From: Pasteurella multocida
GTDB lineage: Bacteria > Pseudomonadota > Gammaproteobacteria > Enterobacterales > Pasteurellaceae
Direction of reading: 5' to 3'
Length of the DNA: 32,000 nucleotides
Assembly (NCBI RefSeq): GCF_900187275.1
Contig: NZ_LT906458.1
Span: 570,001 to 602,000 of the forward strand
A model generated the notes under the pieces. It searched no databases. It was not told where the DNA came from and saw only the letters and a list, made by a program, of their open reading frames with translations. The translations under genes and the position numbers were made by a program. How positions within the stretch are numbered: position 1 is the stretch's first letter; every line of letters starts with the position of its first letter. Of this stretch, positions 31,170-32,000 are shown one piece after another.

Positions 31170-32000
31170 ATGATCAAAGCGATAGCCTATTTGTTGGGTT
31201 TAAGTGTTTGTTTGCCCCTGTCGGTTGAGGCTAATGTTACGACAGAAAAACAGCGCTTATTGGATGAATTACAGTCTTCCATTCAGTATATGCAAGGTAT
31301 TGCGACGCGTGGCACACGAGAACCCATTGTATTTGAAGCGCTGAAACCGCATCAGGCTTTTGATCCCAAACAGGCAGAACATTTTATTGCCTTGCCTGCA
31401 CAAACAGAACATACTGTGCCAACTTTACAGACGTTTTTTACGAAAAGTGCCGTGCAACAGCGCTATCAAGCGCCTTATCATTTCTTTAATATTGCGAAAC
31501 AGGAGGATCAACTCGCGACCTTATTAGGTGTTGATCAAGTCTATTTACGCAAAAATAGGGCATTTCAACCGAATTTTATCCCCACTGTAACACAAGATAT
31601 CAAGGGGAATGTCGAACATCAGATTGCGTATTTGTCTGTGCCCAAAATCGTGGCAGAACGTGAGCTTGATGGGGAGGTTCCGATCCACCATTTATCTGAT
31701 ATTGAACACGCCGTGTACGCCACTCAAACCGAACCTTATACACAAGTGGCGATTGAAAGCGAGGAACCGCTTAAACGGGTTTCTTTTAACATTGAACTGG
31801 CATTACCGCGTTTTACCACACAGCAAATAACACATTTTCCTTATGCAATAGACACTGCTTGGGGAAAAATTGAGTTTTTACAAGTGATTGGTAATGCGTT
31901 GGTTTATCGTGTGCCAGCAAACATCGCCGACAAAATGATGGTGTATGCCCTTTATCAAGATGGACGTGCATTAGCCCCGCTTGAAACACTACGTCATCCG
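31170..32000 (+). CDS. Uncharacterised exported protein (incomplete, runs off right edge)
   Basis: Open frame of 277 codons from ATG 31170: MIKAIAYLLGLSVCLPLSVEANVTTEKQRLLDELQSSIQYMQ...; signal peptide; AAAGGA-type RBS. Missing from the supplied ORF track because it has no stop in the window. Confidence 0.75.
   Translation, partial: MIKAIAYLLGLSVCLPLSVEANVTTEKQRLLDELQSSIQYMQGIATRGTREPIVFEALKPHQAFDPKQAEHFIALPAQTEHTVPTLQTFFTKSAVQQRYQAPYHFFNIAKQEDQLATLLGVDQVYLRKNRAFQPNFIPTVTQDIKGNVEHQIAYLSVPKIVAERELDGEVPIHHLSDIEHAVYATQTEPYTQVAIESEEPLKRVSFNIELALPRFTTQQITHFPYAIDTAWGKIEFLQVIGNALVYRVPANIADKMMVYALYQDGRALAPLETLRHP

Noticed and set aside
31609-31830. 73-aa plus-strand ORF near the right edge
   Set aside because: Out of frame with the supported 31170-32000 exported protein ORF.

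Overview
This 32 kb window looks like ordinary Pasteurellaceae core chromosome, closest in gene content and style to Pasteurella/Haemophilus (inference; Hin-type uptake signals AAGTGCGGT are present). Gene order: 5' part of ilvE (-), a GcvB-like sRNA (-), gcvA (+), rlmM (+), DUF455 ferritin-like protein and tesB (-), 4.5S SRP RNA ffs (+), cydC/cydD/trxB (-), a CnoX/YbbN-like thioredoxin-fold protein (-), beta-carbonic anhydrase can (-), a TonB-dependent haem-type receptor (+), trpA/trpB (-), a YdfG-like SDR (-), trpCF/trpD (-), an AEC-family transporter (+), trpG/trpE (-), sohB (+), a BamE-like/OmpA-like lipoprotein (+), a fructosamine-kinase-like protein (-), putP and putA (+), and an uncharacterised exported protein running off the right edge (+). 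I see no mobile element, CRISPR array, toxin/defence island or convincing new multi-gene system. The best non-coding signals are a divergent GcvB sRNA next to gcvA with a 9-nt complement just upstream of the ilvE Shine-Dalgarno, and three near-identical TrpR-like operators, each overlapping the -10 of a separate trp transcription unit. Other notable points are a possible catalytic Asp-to-Asn change in the fructosamine-kinase-like protein, a PutA lacking the N-terminal DNA-binding domain, and a UUCG-loop terminator between putP and putA.
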